Below, one piece after another: positions 48,912 to 58,806 of a stretch of 64,000 nt of DNA (its first letter is position 1; each line of letters begins with the position of its first letter). The stretch spans positions 69,073 through 133,072 of the forward strand of contig JBAYHL010000001.1 in the NCBI GenBank assembly GCA_041666185.1. The letters run 5' to 3'. The translations under genes and the position numbers were made by a program. This DNA comes from Patescibacteria group bacterium. GTDB lineage: Bacteria > Patescibacteriota > UBA1384 > UBA12157 > JAENIV01. Below the pieces are notes generated by a model. It made no database searches. It was not told the DNA's origin and was given only the letters and a program-made list of their open reading frames with translations.

Positions 48912-49292
48912 TTAAAAATTAACTTTTTTATCTTGAATTAATTGCTTAAGTTTTTTCTTAGAACATTTTTGGCATCTATATTCGGGTGTTTTATCATCAG
49001 TCCGATTATATCCTCCTGGGCCAACTACCAACCTTCTTACTAAATCCGTCTTTCCGCAATCGTAACATTTACCTTTTTTTAATATTTCCCAACTTTCAAC
49101 TGTTTTTGATTTGAAAATAAATCGATCAACCCAAAAAAATATACATCCACCAATTAAATTTGCTACCATTGCAGCAATCCAGTCTTCTTTTGTCCCCCAT
49201 ATTGTTGGGGAATGCTTGAAAAATGCCACAACAGGAGCGAGTATAATAGTTGACAGCTGCCAACGAAAAAGATAAAGAATAAATTTTATCAT
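48912..49292 (-). CDS. GtrA-like small membrane protein with C-terminal Cys4 zinc ribbon
   Basis: N-terminal TM helices followed by CYDCG...CQKCS. Confidence 0.4.
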   Translation of the reverse strand: MIKFILYLFRWQLSTIILAPVVAFFKHSPTIWGTKEDWIAAMVANLIGGCIFFWVDRFIFKSKTVESWEILKKGKCYDCGKTDLVRRLVVGPGGYNRTDDKTPEYRCQKCSKKKLKQLIQDKKVNF

Positions 49293-49308
49293 AATGCTCT
49301 GTTTTAAT

Positions 49309-49385
<77 letters not shown>

Positions 49386-49521
49386 ATATTTAAATGTCCC
49401 TACCAATATTATACATTATACTAGAACTTAGGTCATCGGTCAACCTGAAAAAAATAAACTAAAACTTTAGCAACCTGTTGAAAAGAATGATACAATATAT
49501 GTATATGTTAACGGAGGGAAC

Positions 49522-52500
49522 TTGAGAATTCCAAAAAGAAAACAACTTCAAACTGTTATTATTTTGTTTTTTGCCCTTATCACTACCGGATTAATTTTTT
49601 TCGGATTTTTTAAATTTGTCTACAAAGCCGAAGAATTAAATAATGGTGAAGCTTATATTACTAATTTAACTAATAATGGAGATAATGTTGCTTACCAAGG
49701 CTCGACTAAAGAAAATCCACAAATTCCTAAATATAATAAATTTGAACTTACTTTTGATATTAATTGGTACCACAATAGGGATTTTACCAACCCTCAAGCT
49801 AAATACGATCCAATTATTGAAGGAACGGCTAACCCTTATTGGCCATACGACCAAACTCCCGCCGCTAATACAGTTAGCCATCCTAACGCCGTACCAGATG
49901 GCATCGGCGTTTCAGTAGATGGTTTATTTTTACCTTCCAGCCAAACAGATTGGAGTAAAGCAACTGTTCAACCAGGATTTTATTACCAAGATTTTGAAAA
50001 ACAAGATTATTTAAAAGATAAAAACCAGGACTGGATTTACCCAAAAGGAAGTCCAGTTTGGAAAATAAGATATTCACCAAAAGATCTAGGTCAATACCAA
50101 TACAAAATCCGAGTTACTGACAAAACTGGTCAAATTCACTACACACCTCAAGCAAACACTTTAACAGCCATAGACTCATCCAACCCTGGTTTTGTTCAAG
50201 TATCAAAAACTGATTCTAGATATTTCGAAACTAGTAATGGCCAAAATCTAAACTTAATTGGTATATCCGATCCTGGTATCAATTCAACTTACGATATTGA
50301 AAAAAATCTTGCTCAAATTAATGAGATGGGGATAAATCTAATTCGACCTTGGTGGCAAGGATCTAGTTTTCGTCCAATTCTTTTTGGTATTAGCGGTCAA
50401 GGCGGAGTTCCGGACTGGGGTTTCACTTTAAATGCTAATCAAATAGGTTCAGGTAATAATCAGACTATGCCTGGGGAAATCTTTTCTTACAAAATGACAA
50501 AAAGTTATCCAAGTGCTCGAACAGGTGTCCCTATTAAAACTAACACCAACTATAGATTATCAGCCTGGGTAAAAACAACTGGTGTTACCGGAACCGGCAC
50601 TTATGGTGCTTCATTATACCCATATCCACCAAAAACTGGCGGCAGTCAACCTGTTTACAGATCAGAATATGTAACAGGTGACACAGATTGGAAACAGTTA
50701 GTCGTTGATTTCACATCAGACGCAACATCTAAAAACATCGATATTAACCTCAACTTAGCCAATATAGTTACTGGGGAAGCGTATTTTACAAAATTATCTT
50801 TAAAAGAAAATTTAGGTAATGATAAATTTGGCGGAGAAATAATAAACCGACCAAATATAAATGTCCAAAATTACATATCTTTGCAACACGCTTGGTATGC
50901 AGATTATTTAGTAGAAGAAGCCGCAAAAAATAACATTTACATGAAAGTAGTGGCTGAAGAAAAACAAGATATGGTTTTTTCTCGCATCGGTGCCGACGGA
51001 ACCGCTGCGTCACCTAGCGACGACAATGTTTACGCTTCATCAACAAGTGCCAACAGAGTTTACCAAACATACTATTGGCGATATTTAACAGCCAGGTATT
51101 CATATTCAACCACTATTCATTCTTGGGAACTTTTCAACGAAGGTAATCCTTATAGTGGAGGCCACCGTGACGACACACTTGCTCTAGGTTCTTATATAAG
51201 CCAATATGACCCAAACAAACACTTAACATCAACTTCTAACTGGCATTCGTATCCTATTTCTCTTTGGGACAAGATCGAAACAAGCTATGGCGATCTTCAT
51301 CGCTATATAGGTTCGGGTGCTTATAGTGATCGATATATACTTTGGCCTGGTTGGGATGGTGCGTGGTACGATCCACCAAAAATTAGTGCTCTAAAAGAAA
51401 ATTATTCATTTGACGAAACAATAGCTCATTCTGGCCATAATTCGTTAAAAATTACTATTCCACCAGCAACTAAAGATGGTAGTGTTAAAGATTCTGGTTT
51501 ATTTGTCCAAATTGGTGTTAAACCTAAACATCAATATGAAATTAGTTGGTGGACTAAAGCCGAAAACATTAAACAAGCTGGTGGAGTCTGTGAACCAACA
51601 TCTCCTTTTGTCAGCGTTTATTACAGTGGTGAACAAACAATGTGGGACGGTTGGCCAAGCTGGAATGTTACTGGAGGAAACCCGTGTGGCAAATGGAAAA
51701 TTCCCGATGGTACTTACGATTGGCAAAAAATTACCACTCAACAATTTACCATTCCCGAAACTGGACGTGACACTAAATTACCTCCTCGTTACCTTGGTAT
51801 TTCTTTTAATTATTATACAAAAACTAGTGTACCAGAAGGAATTGCTTGGTTTGACGATCTTCAAGTTAAAGATATAACCACAGGTGAAGTATATAATTAT
51901 AACGGTGGATTTGAAAATATAACTCACGAAGAAGATGACGTTGTTGCTGCCCATCAATCATATTCACAAATTATTAAAAGTTTTGATATGGGTAAGCCTT
52001 CAATTAGAGGTGAGGTTGGCTTTCAAAATCCAAGACCAGAACTATCTAATCCATACAAAGGCTATACTAGCGGACAAGTTTTTGATCGTCTAAGGGTCGA
52101 TGACACCCAAGGCGTTTGGTGGCGTAAGTGGACATGGGCTAATTTAGACTCTGGCGGTTTGACAGAAATTTTATGGGATTCCATGAGTTTATTAATGAAT
52201 AGGAATTATAAATTCGCTAAAGCTTACCAAAATTTCATGTCTGATATTAGTCTCTCGAATGGAAAGTACAAGGACTTAAACGCCTCAACCTCTGATTCCA
52301 AATTAAGAGTTTTAGGTCAAAAAGAATTAGCTGATGGCATAATTGACAAAGCTCACCTTTGGATAGACAACGCTCCGTATACTTGGAAAAATGTTGTCGA
52401 CGCATCAGCTGGTAGTAGCCAGCTTGCTTCACCAATTTCTGGCAATATCACTATTTCTGACGCACAACCATCTAAAACTTATCTTCTTCAGTGGTGGAGC

Positions 52501-53136
52501 ACTTCAACAATCGATAATCCTTCAACTTCCGATATTAACGAACAAATTGTCATTGATAACACTTACCCAACATTAATAAATAGTGACGAACAAGGAAAAC
52601 TTACAATCCCTATTAATAATTTGCAATCAGATATTGCTTTAAAAATTACTATCGAAAAAACTAAAACGATCCCGCCAGAACCCAGCCCCACACCTACCTC
52701 CACCCCTGTAGATAAAACCACTAGTACACCCACACCGACTACTTCCTTGCAAGAAGTAACTCCTACACCAACCTCAATAACGCCAACACCTTCATCTACT
52801 GAAGAAAATAATACAAACATTGATAACAATATTCCAAGCACTGAGGCTCCGTCTCAAATAACTGAAAATGGTCAGCCAACACCAATTAGCGACACTACCA
52901 ATAACAATATCCCTGAACCCGATTCTTCCACTAAAATATTTTCTAGCCCTAGCAGTCAGCCATTACCACAAGAAAGTAGCGTAAGCAAAACAGAAAGTCC
53001 TAAACCCACCCTTATTCAAGGAGTTTCATCTCGACTAAAATGGCTTATTGCCATTATCAGTTCCATTATTATTGGTAGCTTTTGGGCAACCATCTTTATT
53101 TTAGAAAAAAAGAGATCTAAAAAAACACAAGACTAA
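49522..53136 (+). CDS. Large cell-surface glycoside hydrolase (GH5-like catalytic core, WELFNEGNP) with carbohydrate-binding-like modules, Thr/Pro-rich stalk and C-terminal TM anchor
   Basis: N-terminal TM helix, an NEG(P) acid/base motif, a T/P-rich linker at 52680-52850 and a C-terminal hydrophobic helix plus KKRSKK. Confidence 0.65.
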   Translation: MRIPKRKQLQTVIILFFALITTGLIFFGFFKFVYKAEELNNGEAYITNLTNNGDNVAYQGSTKENPQIPKYNKFELTFDINWYHNRDFTNPQAKYDPIIEGTANPYWPYDQTPAANTVSHPNAVPDGIGVSVDGLFLPSSQTDWSKATVQPGFYYQDFEKQDYLKDKNQDWIYPKGSPVWKIRYSPKDLGQYQYKIRVTDKTGQIHYTPQANTLTAIDSSNPGFVQVSKTDSRYFETSNGQNLNLIGISDPGINSTYDIEKNLAQINEMGINLIRPWWQGSSFRPILFGISGQGGVPDWGFTLNANQIGSGNNQTMPGEIFSYKMTKSYPSARTGVPIKTNTNYRLSAWVKTTGVTGTGTYGASLYPYPPKTGGSQPVYRSEYVTGDTDWKQLVVDFTSDATSKNIDINLNLANIVTGEAYFTKLSLKENLGNDKFGGEIINRPNINVQNYISLQHAWYADYLVEEAAKNNIYMKVVAEEKQDMVFSRIGADGTAASPSDDNVYASSTSANRVYQTYYWRYLTARYSYSTTIHSWELFNEGNPYSGGHRDDTLALGSYISQYDPNKHLTSTSNWHSYPISLWDKIETSYGDLHRYIGSGAYSDRYILWPGWDGAWYDPPKISALKENYSFDETIAHSGHNSLKITIPPATKDGSVKDSGLFVQIGVKPKHQYEISWWTKAENIKQAGGVCEPTSPFVSVYYSGEQTMWDGWPSWNVTGGNPCGKWKIPDGTYDWQKITTQQFTIPETGRDTKLPPRYLGISFNYYTKTSVPEGIAWFDDLQVKDITTGEVYNYNGGFENITHEEDDVVAAHQSYSQIIKSFDMGKPSIRGEVGFQNPRPELSNPYKGYTSGQVFDRLRVDDTQGVWWRKWTWANLDSGGLTEILWDSMSLLMNRNYKFAKAYQNFMSDISLSNGKYKDLNASTSDSKLRVLGQKELADGIIDKAHLWIDNAPYTWKNVVDASAGSSQLASPISGNITISDAQPSKTYLLQWWSTSTIDNPSTSDINEQIVIDNTYPTLINSDEQGKLTIPINNLQSDIALKITIEKTKTIPPEPSPTPTSTPVDKTTSTPTPTTSLQEVTPTPTSITPTPSSTEENNTNIDNNIPSTEAPSQITENGQPTPISDTTNNNIPEPDSSTKIFSSPSSQPLPQESSVSKTESPKPTLIQGVSSRLKWLIAIISSIIIGSFWATIFILEKKRSKKTQD

Positions 53137-53140
53137 AAAG

Positions 53141-54832
53141 TTAATTGAGCTCAAATATAAATAACCCCGGCGTAATTTGTTCAAATGGATATTTTTTAAG
53201 CCACGAGTAAGAACCGGACTCAAAATAGGTTGCTGAAATAACTACTGGGCCTTTAATATTTTTATTTTCCGAATATAGAGGTTCGAAATTAATTCCATAA
53301 TGCTCTAAAGCCTTATCACCATCCCAAGGATAAACCAAATAAACTTTTTCTATTTTGTTATCGCCAAGATATTTCTTTAATCGATAAATATCTTGACCCC
53401 AGTCTAAATTAGAGTCAGTTAAAATCTTGTAACCATTTTTTTGTCCACCGGCAAATTCATTAAAATAAGCTAAATAATTTGGAAAGCTTATCAAAGCTGA
53501 AATAAAATACCAAGCAATAAGACACAGAAAAACAATTGAAAAAACTTTTGTTTTGATATTTACTTTCTTTAATTTCGAAATATCAAATAAGTTGATTGAC
53601 TTAGAAATGAAAACGAACAGAAATGGAAAAATTGGCAAAATATGACGAATACCCAAATCAGCCTTAGAAAACATTGCAAAAACAAGGAACATAATTGGCG
53701 GTAAAATTAGTAAAACTTCGTCAAATAACTCTTTGGCCCGAATTTTTTTCCAAAATATAATTGTAAATATTAGAAAGAAAAATATTGGAATCGGTGTTTT
53801 GTAAAAGATCGTTACCGGGAAATAATACCACCATCCATTATTAGATAACTGGCCAAAAAGATAAGAACTATGACCCACGGCCGCATGACGAAAAACTAAA
53901 TATATACCTTTATAAAATTCAGCTGGAAAAAATAAAACTCTAGCTTTATCCAAAAAATCAGTTAAAGAAGATGTTAATTGAAAGTTCCCCCAAAAATATT
54001 CGCCAATAAAACCTGGCGGAACTAAAGTTGGTGTTTTAATTGAAAAACCATAGCTTGCCCAAATTACAACAAAAGATATTAACAATGCCCCCATAAAACC
54101 AATGAAATATTTTAATAAAAATTTACTTTTTTGTTTTTCGAAAATTAAAGCTCTAATTAAAAATAATAAAAACAATATTGGCAAAACAATCAATCCGGTA
54201 AATTTTGAAGACAATATTAATCCCAAAGAAAGACCACTAAAAAATAAATTTAAAAAGTTTGGTTTTTTTAAGAAATTTCCCCAAAGATAAACTGTTAAAA
54301 ACATAAAAAATGTCAAACCCAAATCAGTATTAATTAAACGGCCGTGCGCTAAGATATTTGGAAAAAATAAAATAAGAAAAGCAGCAAAAATACCTGACTT
54401 CATTCCATATAATTTCTTTGCCCACAAAAAACCTGCAAAGCCTAAAAGAAGAGTCAGCATCACAAAAGGTAGTCTTCCCCAAAATAAAAGTTTTGTTGGA
54501 TCGTTACCTAAAGAATAAAAGAAGTTTTCACTTAAAACTCTGGCTTCATACCATGAATCATAGTAAAAATTTCCTGCCTCATTCCATAAGCTACCTAAAG
54601 GAATCTCCAAGTTCTTGAAAGCTAATAACGGTAAGGCAGATATTTCTTTGAGTAGTGGCGGGTGCTCTGTATCAAGTCGAAAATCCCCTTTCGTCAAATA
54701 AGTGTAGCCAGCAAACAAATGAATGGCTTCGTCAGTTGTTTGAGAGTCCTTAAAACAAGAAAAAATCATTAATAAAAAAGCAATTGTGAAAATAGCTACA
54801 AGAACAATTTTTTGCCAAAAATTTCTTTTCAT
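53141..54832 (-). CDS. GT-C fold glycosyltransferase (PMT_2/ArnT-like, dolichyl- or undecaprenyl-phosphate-sugar dependent)
   Basis: TDEAIH...EHPPL motifs in the first loops, with about 12 TM helices. Confidence 0.65.
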   Translation of the reverse strand: MKRNFWQKIVLVAIFTIAFLLMIFSCFKDSQTTDEAIHLFAGYTYLTKGDFRLDTEHPPLLKEISALPLLAFKNLEIPLGSLWNEAGNFYYDSWYEARVLSENFFYSLGNDPTKLLFWGRLPFVMLTLLLGFAGFLWAKKLYGMKSGIFAAFLILFFPNILAHGRLINTDLGLTFFMFLTVYLWGNFLKKPNFLNLFFSGLSLGLILSSKFTGLIVLPILFLLFLIRALIFEKQKSKFLLKYFIGFMGALLISFVVIWASYGFSIKTPTLVPPGFIGEYFWGNFQLTSSLTDFLDKARVLFFPAEFYKGIYLVFRHAAVGHSSYLFGQLSNNGWWYYFPVTIFYKTPIPIFFFLIFTIIFWKKIRAKELFDEVLLILPPIMFLVFAMFSKADLGIRHILPIFPFLFVFISKSINLFDISKLKKVNIKTKVFSIVFLCLIAWYFISALISFPNYLAYFNEFAGGQKNGYKILTDSNLDWGQDIYRLKKYLGDNKIEKVYLVYPWDGDKALEHYGINFEPLYSENKNIKGPVVISATYFESGSYSWLKKYPFEQITPGLFIFELN

Positions 54833-54844
54833 TTTTATTTTGAT

Positions 54845-56344
54845 TTAATGAGTTGAAACAGCTTTTTTTTCTGTTACATAAAAAGTCATATATTTACCAA
54901 ACATAAAACGCGTCTGAGCATCGATTGCCGGAAAAGAACTAAATAACATTGCTGTAAAAGGAATCAGAACCCATTGATAAATCATGCTTAAAAAATGATG
55001 GCGACGATAGCCACGAGGCATTGGTGGCAAAAGAAGGATTGAAATTGTCATTGATGTTAGAAGACCTATCCATGTTAACCCCAATAAGACTCTAATAACC
55101 GTTGGTAAATTTTGAGCCAAAACCGTGTCTTGGAAACCAGGACCAAAAAGAAGAGGTAACCAAGCAATCACAGCGATATAAATTGAAGAAGTTGCTAGAG
55201 AATAATTAGCTTCAAACATTCGATAAATTTTTATTAACCTATCGTTTAAAGGGATATTTTTGGCTTTAATTGATTTCTCTACTACGTAAGGAAAATGTTC
55301 AACTCCATAATACCAACGTTTCTTTTGTAGATATTGATTTTTAAAAGTCTGCCAAAAACCGTCCGCCAAAACAGCATCCATATAAACCGGTACAAAAATT
55401 GGTACAACTTCATGATCACCATCAAACTTAAAATAAGCTCGCCAAAATTGACGAGAATCTTCATTAACAACTGTTGTGTCCCAAAAATCAATTTCCACCA
55501 AAGTCTTTAAACTCATAGAATGGGTTGAGAAATTGATTAGCCGCCAAGGTCGCGTTGCTTCAATTAGTTGCCAAAAAGAATTACCAAAAGCAATGATTCT
55601 GGAAAAGCCTGGCGCTTGCCAAATATTATTCGAATAAAGCGGTATTGGTTGAAAGCTGCGATGTTCCCTATTTGGGTTTGTGGCATATTGGTAAGTAAGA
55701 CAAGGAAAATATTTTTTGTGAAGTCTTGAGTCAGCATCACAAGTCGTGACCAAAACGTCTTCAAGAGGTATATTTTTACTTTCAACAAACTTTTGTAAAG
55801 ATTTAGCCGCCCATTTAACGTTGGCACCTTTTGCCTTAACTTCACCGGGAATATCAGGATGAATAGTTACTAAAAACTTAAAAAATTTAGATCCGAATTT
55901 TTCTTTTAAAATCTGGGCGTTTTTTTCAGCTCTTTCTAAATCGCGTTTTTCGGTCGCCAAAACAACAATAATTCTTTCTCTTGGATAATCAGAATCTAAA
56001 ATTGACTCAAAAGAAGGAATTAAAATATCAACGTCTTCTTTATAAGTAGCAAAAATGACCGCCTGATATATTTTTTTGTAATCCAAATTAATATTATCTT
56101 TTGGAATATTTTTGCATCGCTCCCACCAATCAACTCTTAATGCTTTTTTTAGACCACGATAACCAGAAACAAGATGATAACCCATTAAAATTGACTTATA
56201 CAACCAATATAAATCAAAGGTTAAAACAAAAGTTGCTACTGCGGCTGGCCAAAAAAACGAGAAGAAAATTGGCAAAATAAGTGAAGCCCAAGTGACTGCA
56301 CCAGGAAGAATTTCTAAAAATCTAGTAAGTTTTGTTCTTTTCAT
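54845..56344 (-). CDS. Processive family-2 glycosyltransferase (cellulose/chitin-synthase-like, DxD, QxxRW)
   Basis: TCDADS and QKKRW motifs. TM helices flank the catalytic domain. Confidence 0.7.
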   Translation of the reverse strand: MKRTKLTRFLEILPGAVTWASLILPIFFSFFWPAAVATFVLTFDLYWLYKSILMGYHLVSGYRGLKKALRVDWWERCKNIPKDNINLDYKKIYQAVIFATYKEDVDILIPSFESILDSDYPRERIIVVLATEKRDLERAEKNAQILKEKFGSKFFKFLVTIHPDIPGEVKAKGANVKWAAKSLQKFVESKNIPLEDVLVTTCDADSRLHKKYFPCLTYQYATNPNREHRSFQPIPLYSNNIWQAPGFSRIIAFGNSFWQLIEATRPWRLINFSTHSMSLKTLVEIDFWDTTVVNEDSRQFWRAYFKFDGDHEVVPIFVPVYMDAVLADGFWQTFKNQYLQKKRWYYGVEHFPYVVEKSIKAKNIPLNDRLIKIYRMFEANYSLATSSIYIAVIAWLPLLFGPGFQDTVLAQNLPTVIRVLLGLTWIGLLTSMTISILLLPPMPRGYRRHHFLSMIYQWVLIPFTAMLFSSFPAIDAQTRFMFGKYMTFYVTEKKAVSTH

Positions 56345-56386
56345 TTCGTCGCTAACGCTCCTTAATGTAAACTTTTTAGTTTAAAT

Positions 56387-56704
56387 TTAAAAAACTACCG
56401 TCAAATATCGAATTAATATTAACATTAAAACTTGGGTAAAAAATCCAACAGAAATTAAGAAATAACTTGCCATTTTCTCCCTTTCCCACAGGAAATTACC
56501 CAAAATAAGATTTAAGAAGATTAAACCAGAAGAAAAAATAAAAGGAAGAGGATTTTGTTTAATCTTAACTTCGAAAATATACCATAAAATGGCATTCAAA
56601 ATCAAGGATATTGAGACAATTATAATAACTGGCAATGTTTTCCAAAAAGAATTGAAAACAAAATCTTTTAAAATATTTAATAGAATTGATAATATTTTTT
56701 TCAT
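56387..56704 (-). CDS. Small polytopic membrane protein (GtrA-like, hypothetical)
   Basis: 105-aa ORF with three or four TM helices. Confidence 0.35.
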   Translation of the reverse strand: MKKILSILLNILKDFVFNSFWKTLPVIIIVSISLILNAILWYIFEVKIKQNPLPFIFSSGLIFLNLILGNFLWEREKMASYFLISVGFFTQVLMLILIRYLTVVF

Positions 56705-56717
56705 ATTTATTTTTTGT

Positions 56718-56792
56718 TGGAGCCGGAGGCGGGATTCGAACCCGCGACTTGCTATTTACGAAACAGCTACTCTACCCCTGAGTTACTCCGGC
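56718..56792 (-). tRNA. tRNA-Thr (anticodon CGT), CCA encoded
   Basis: The acceptor is GCCGGAG/CTCCGGC and the anticodon loop TTCGTAA. Confidence 0.75.
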
Positions 56793-56805
56793 AAAAATAC
56801 AGATA

Positions 56806-56876
56806 AGCGGGTAACGGGAATCGGACCCGTATATCATCCTTGGGAAGGATGCATTTTGCCACTAAACTATACCCGC
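56806..56876 (-). tRNA. tRNA-Gly (anticodon CCC)
   Basis: The acceptor is GCGGGTA/TACCCGC and the anticodon loop TTCCCAA. Confidence 0.75.
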
Positions 56877-56958
56877 ATCAGCCTTAATTTTAACAAATTA
56901 CCCCTTAAAATGAAATAGGAGTTTGTGAAAAAATTATTTAATTTTGAGAACGAATTTT

Positions 56959-58635
56959 CTAGGTCTTCTTGCGAGTATATTTTAGAATGAAAAGTATTAA
57001 AATTATAATTCCACCAAATAAAATACCATAAGCCACCCACAAATTTAACATTTTTGTTTCTAAATTTACATCCGAATCACCTTTGACATCAAAAGGCTGT
57101 GTTCGACTACTTAAATATCCGGGAGATTGATAAGTTAAACGATATTTTCCTTCTGGAAGTTGTAAATTATAGGAACCATCAATTATTGGTGCTTCACTCT
57201 GCTTATACCAAGCCGAACCATCATTTTTATAGGCAATCACATTACCATTTAATAAAGATTTTGATCCACCATCAACACTGCCTAAAACTTGAGGTTTTGT
57301 TTCGTTCACTTGAAAATCACTAGTATCAATATTTACACCAGCAACTTCTTTTGGTGTGAATTCGCTTTTAGGCTGATCTGCTTCGGCTAAATAGTAATTA
57401 TCCAATTGACAGAAAATTGGTCTTGAGCCAAAACTTAAAGTTGTGTCACCATTATTCCAAGCCATAATTACTGATCCTGAAACATCGTGACCATCTAAAT
57501 CATAACAACGCATTCCTGAAGCATTAACGTGAAAACCAGTAATTTGATTACCATTTGGGTTCCAGGCTGCCGCTACTCCGCCACCAGCATCGTTAAAAAT
57601 ATAAAACTTAGATTCATTATCTAAATCAAACCATTGAGAAATTCTTTTTGTCCCTAAAAATTCAATTGTTTTCTTATAGTAGTTATAAGCTGGTTTAGCG
57701 GCAAAGTTATTACGCATTAAACCATAACTGTTACCCGATTCGTCACGAAGATTATAAGGCATAATTTTGCCAACTTCATTAATAGTTCTTGCCAAAATCA
57801 CTGCCCTAGAAATTACTTGCCCTTGAGCTTCTTCACCAACCTTACCTGATTCCCAACCAAATTCCGTTAACCAAATTTCTTTACCCCCACCACGAGGAAT
57901 CATAATATTATAAACAAGTTTCGAAAGTTCATCACGCAATTTATTATTTGGATCTGATTCCGGACCAACTCCAGGATAATAATGAACAGAAATCGCATCT
58001 AAATGCTCCCAACCGCCATCATTTAAATAACGGGAAATATAATCACCATCAATATAGGTTGTGCCCCCACTGCCAACACGAGCACTGGGATCAATCGATT
58101 TTATTGTATCGTAAGCCGCTACCAAAACTTCTCGATATTCTTCTGGATTAGGGCTAGGTTTCCACATTGCGTTAGGTTCATTCCAAATTTCCCAATCTTT
58201 AACGTAGCCGCCATAACGCCTGACGAGTACAGCAATATAAGCTTTCCAGTCATTAATATTTGGTTTGTAAAACTGAGCATCTGTTCCAGCTGCTGGATTA
58301 GACGAACCCCATAACGAAGAATAAGCAATCATCCCTAGGACTTTAACATTGTTTCGCCTGTAGGTTGCCACCGCTTGGTCAGCATTCGCTAAATCATAAC
58401 GACCACGACGAGGATTAAGAGTTTGCCAATTAAATTCCTCTCTCGCCCACTCCGCTCCCATAGCTTTAACTTTTTGAGAAGCTAAGTTACGTTGAGCCGG
58501 CATTACTCGGATAATAAATAAGGTATTACTACCATAATACCCATACGCTGTTGAAAAAATTAATAAATTCGAAAGAAGAAAAAAGACTAGTAAGAGTTCA
58601 ATAAGAATATTTTTAGTTTTTTTACGCATTTCCAC
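56959..58635 (-). CDS. Membrane-anchored clan GH-A glycoside hydrolase (WEIWNEPN acid/base, IWLTEFGW nucleophile)
   Basis: NEP and TE(F)G motifs with N-terminal and C-terminal hydrophobic segments. Confidence 0.65.
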   Translation of the reverse strand: MEMRKKTKNILIELLLVFFLLSNLLIFSTAYGYYGSNTLFIIRVMPAQRNLASQKVKAMGAEWAREEFNWQTLNPRRGRYDLANADQAVATYRRNNVKVLGMIAYSSLWGSSNPAAGTDAQFYKPNINDWKAYIAVLVRRYGGYVKDWEIWNEPNAMWKPSPNPEEYREVLVAAYDTIKSIDPSARVGSGGTTYIDGDYISRYLNDGGWEHLDAISVHYYPGVGPESDPNNKLRDELSKLVYNIMIPRGGGKEIWLTEFGWESGKVGEEAQGQVISRAVILARTINEVGKIMPYNLRDESGNSYGLMRNNFAAKPAYNYYKKTIEFLGTKRISQWFDLDNESKFYIFNDAGGGVAAAWNPNGNQITGFHVNASGMRCYDLDGHDVSGSVIMAWNNGDTTLSFGSRPIFCQLDNYYLAEADQPKSEFTPKEVAGVNIDTSDFQVNETKPQVLGSVDGGSKSLLNGNVIAYKNDGSAWYKQSEAPIIDGSYNLQLPEGKYRLTYQSPGYLSSRTQPFDVKGDSDVNLETKMLNLWVAYGILFGGIIILILFILKYTRKKT

Positions 58636-58729
58636 CTCCTTGTATTCTGTTTACAGCATAAAACATAATTAGAACTTTTACAACCTGTTGAAATCAAGCC
58701 CAAATATTGATATAATAACTTAAGCATTA

Positions 58730-58806
58730 GGGCCCGTAGCGTAGCGGTTTAACGCGCCTCCCTGTCACGGAGGAGATCGCCGGTTCGAATCCGGTCGGGC
58801 CCGCCA
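58730..58806 (+). tRNA. tRNA-Asp (anticodon GTC), CCA encoded
   Basis: The acceptor is GGGCCCG/CGGGCCC, the anticodon loop CTGTCAC and the T-arm GCCGGTTCGAATCCGGT. Confidence 0.85.
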
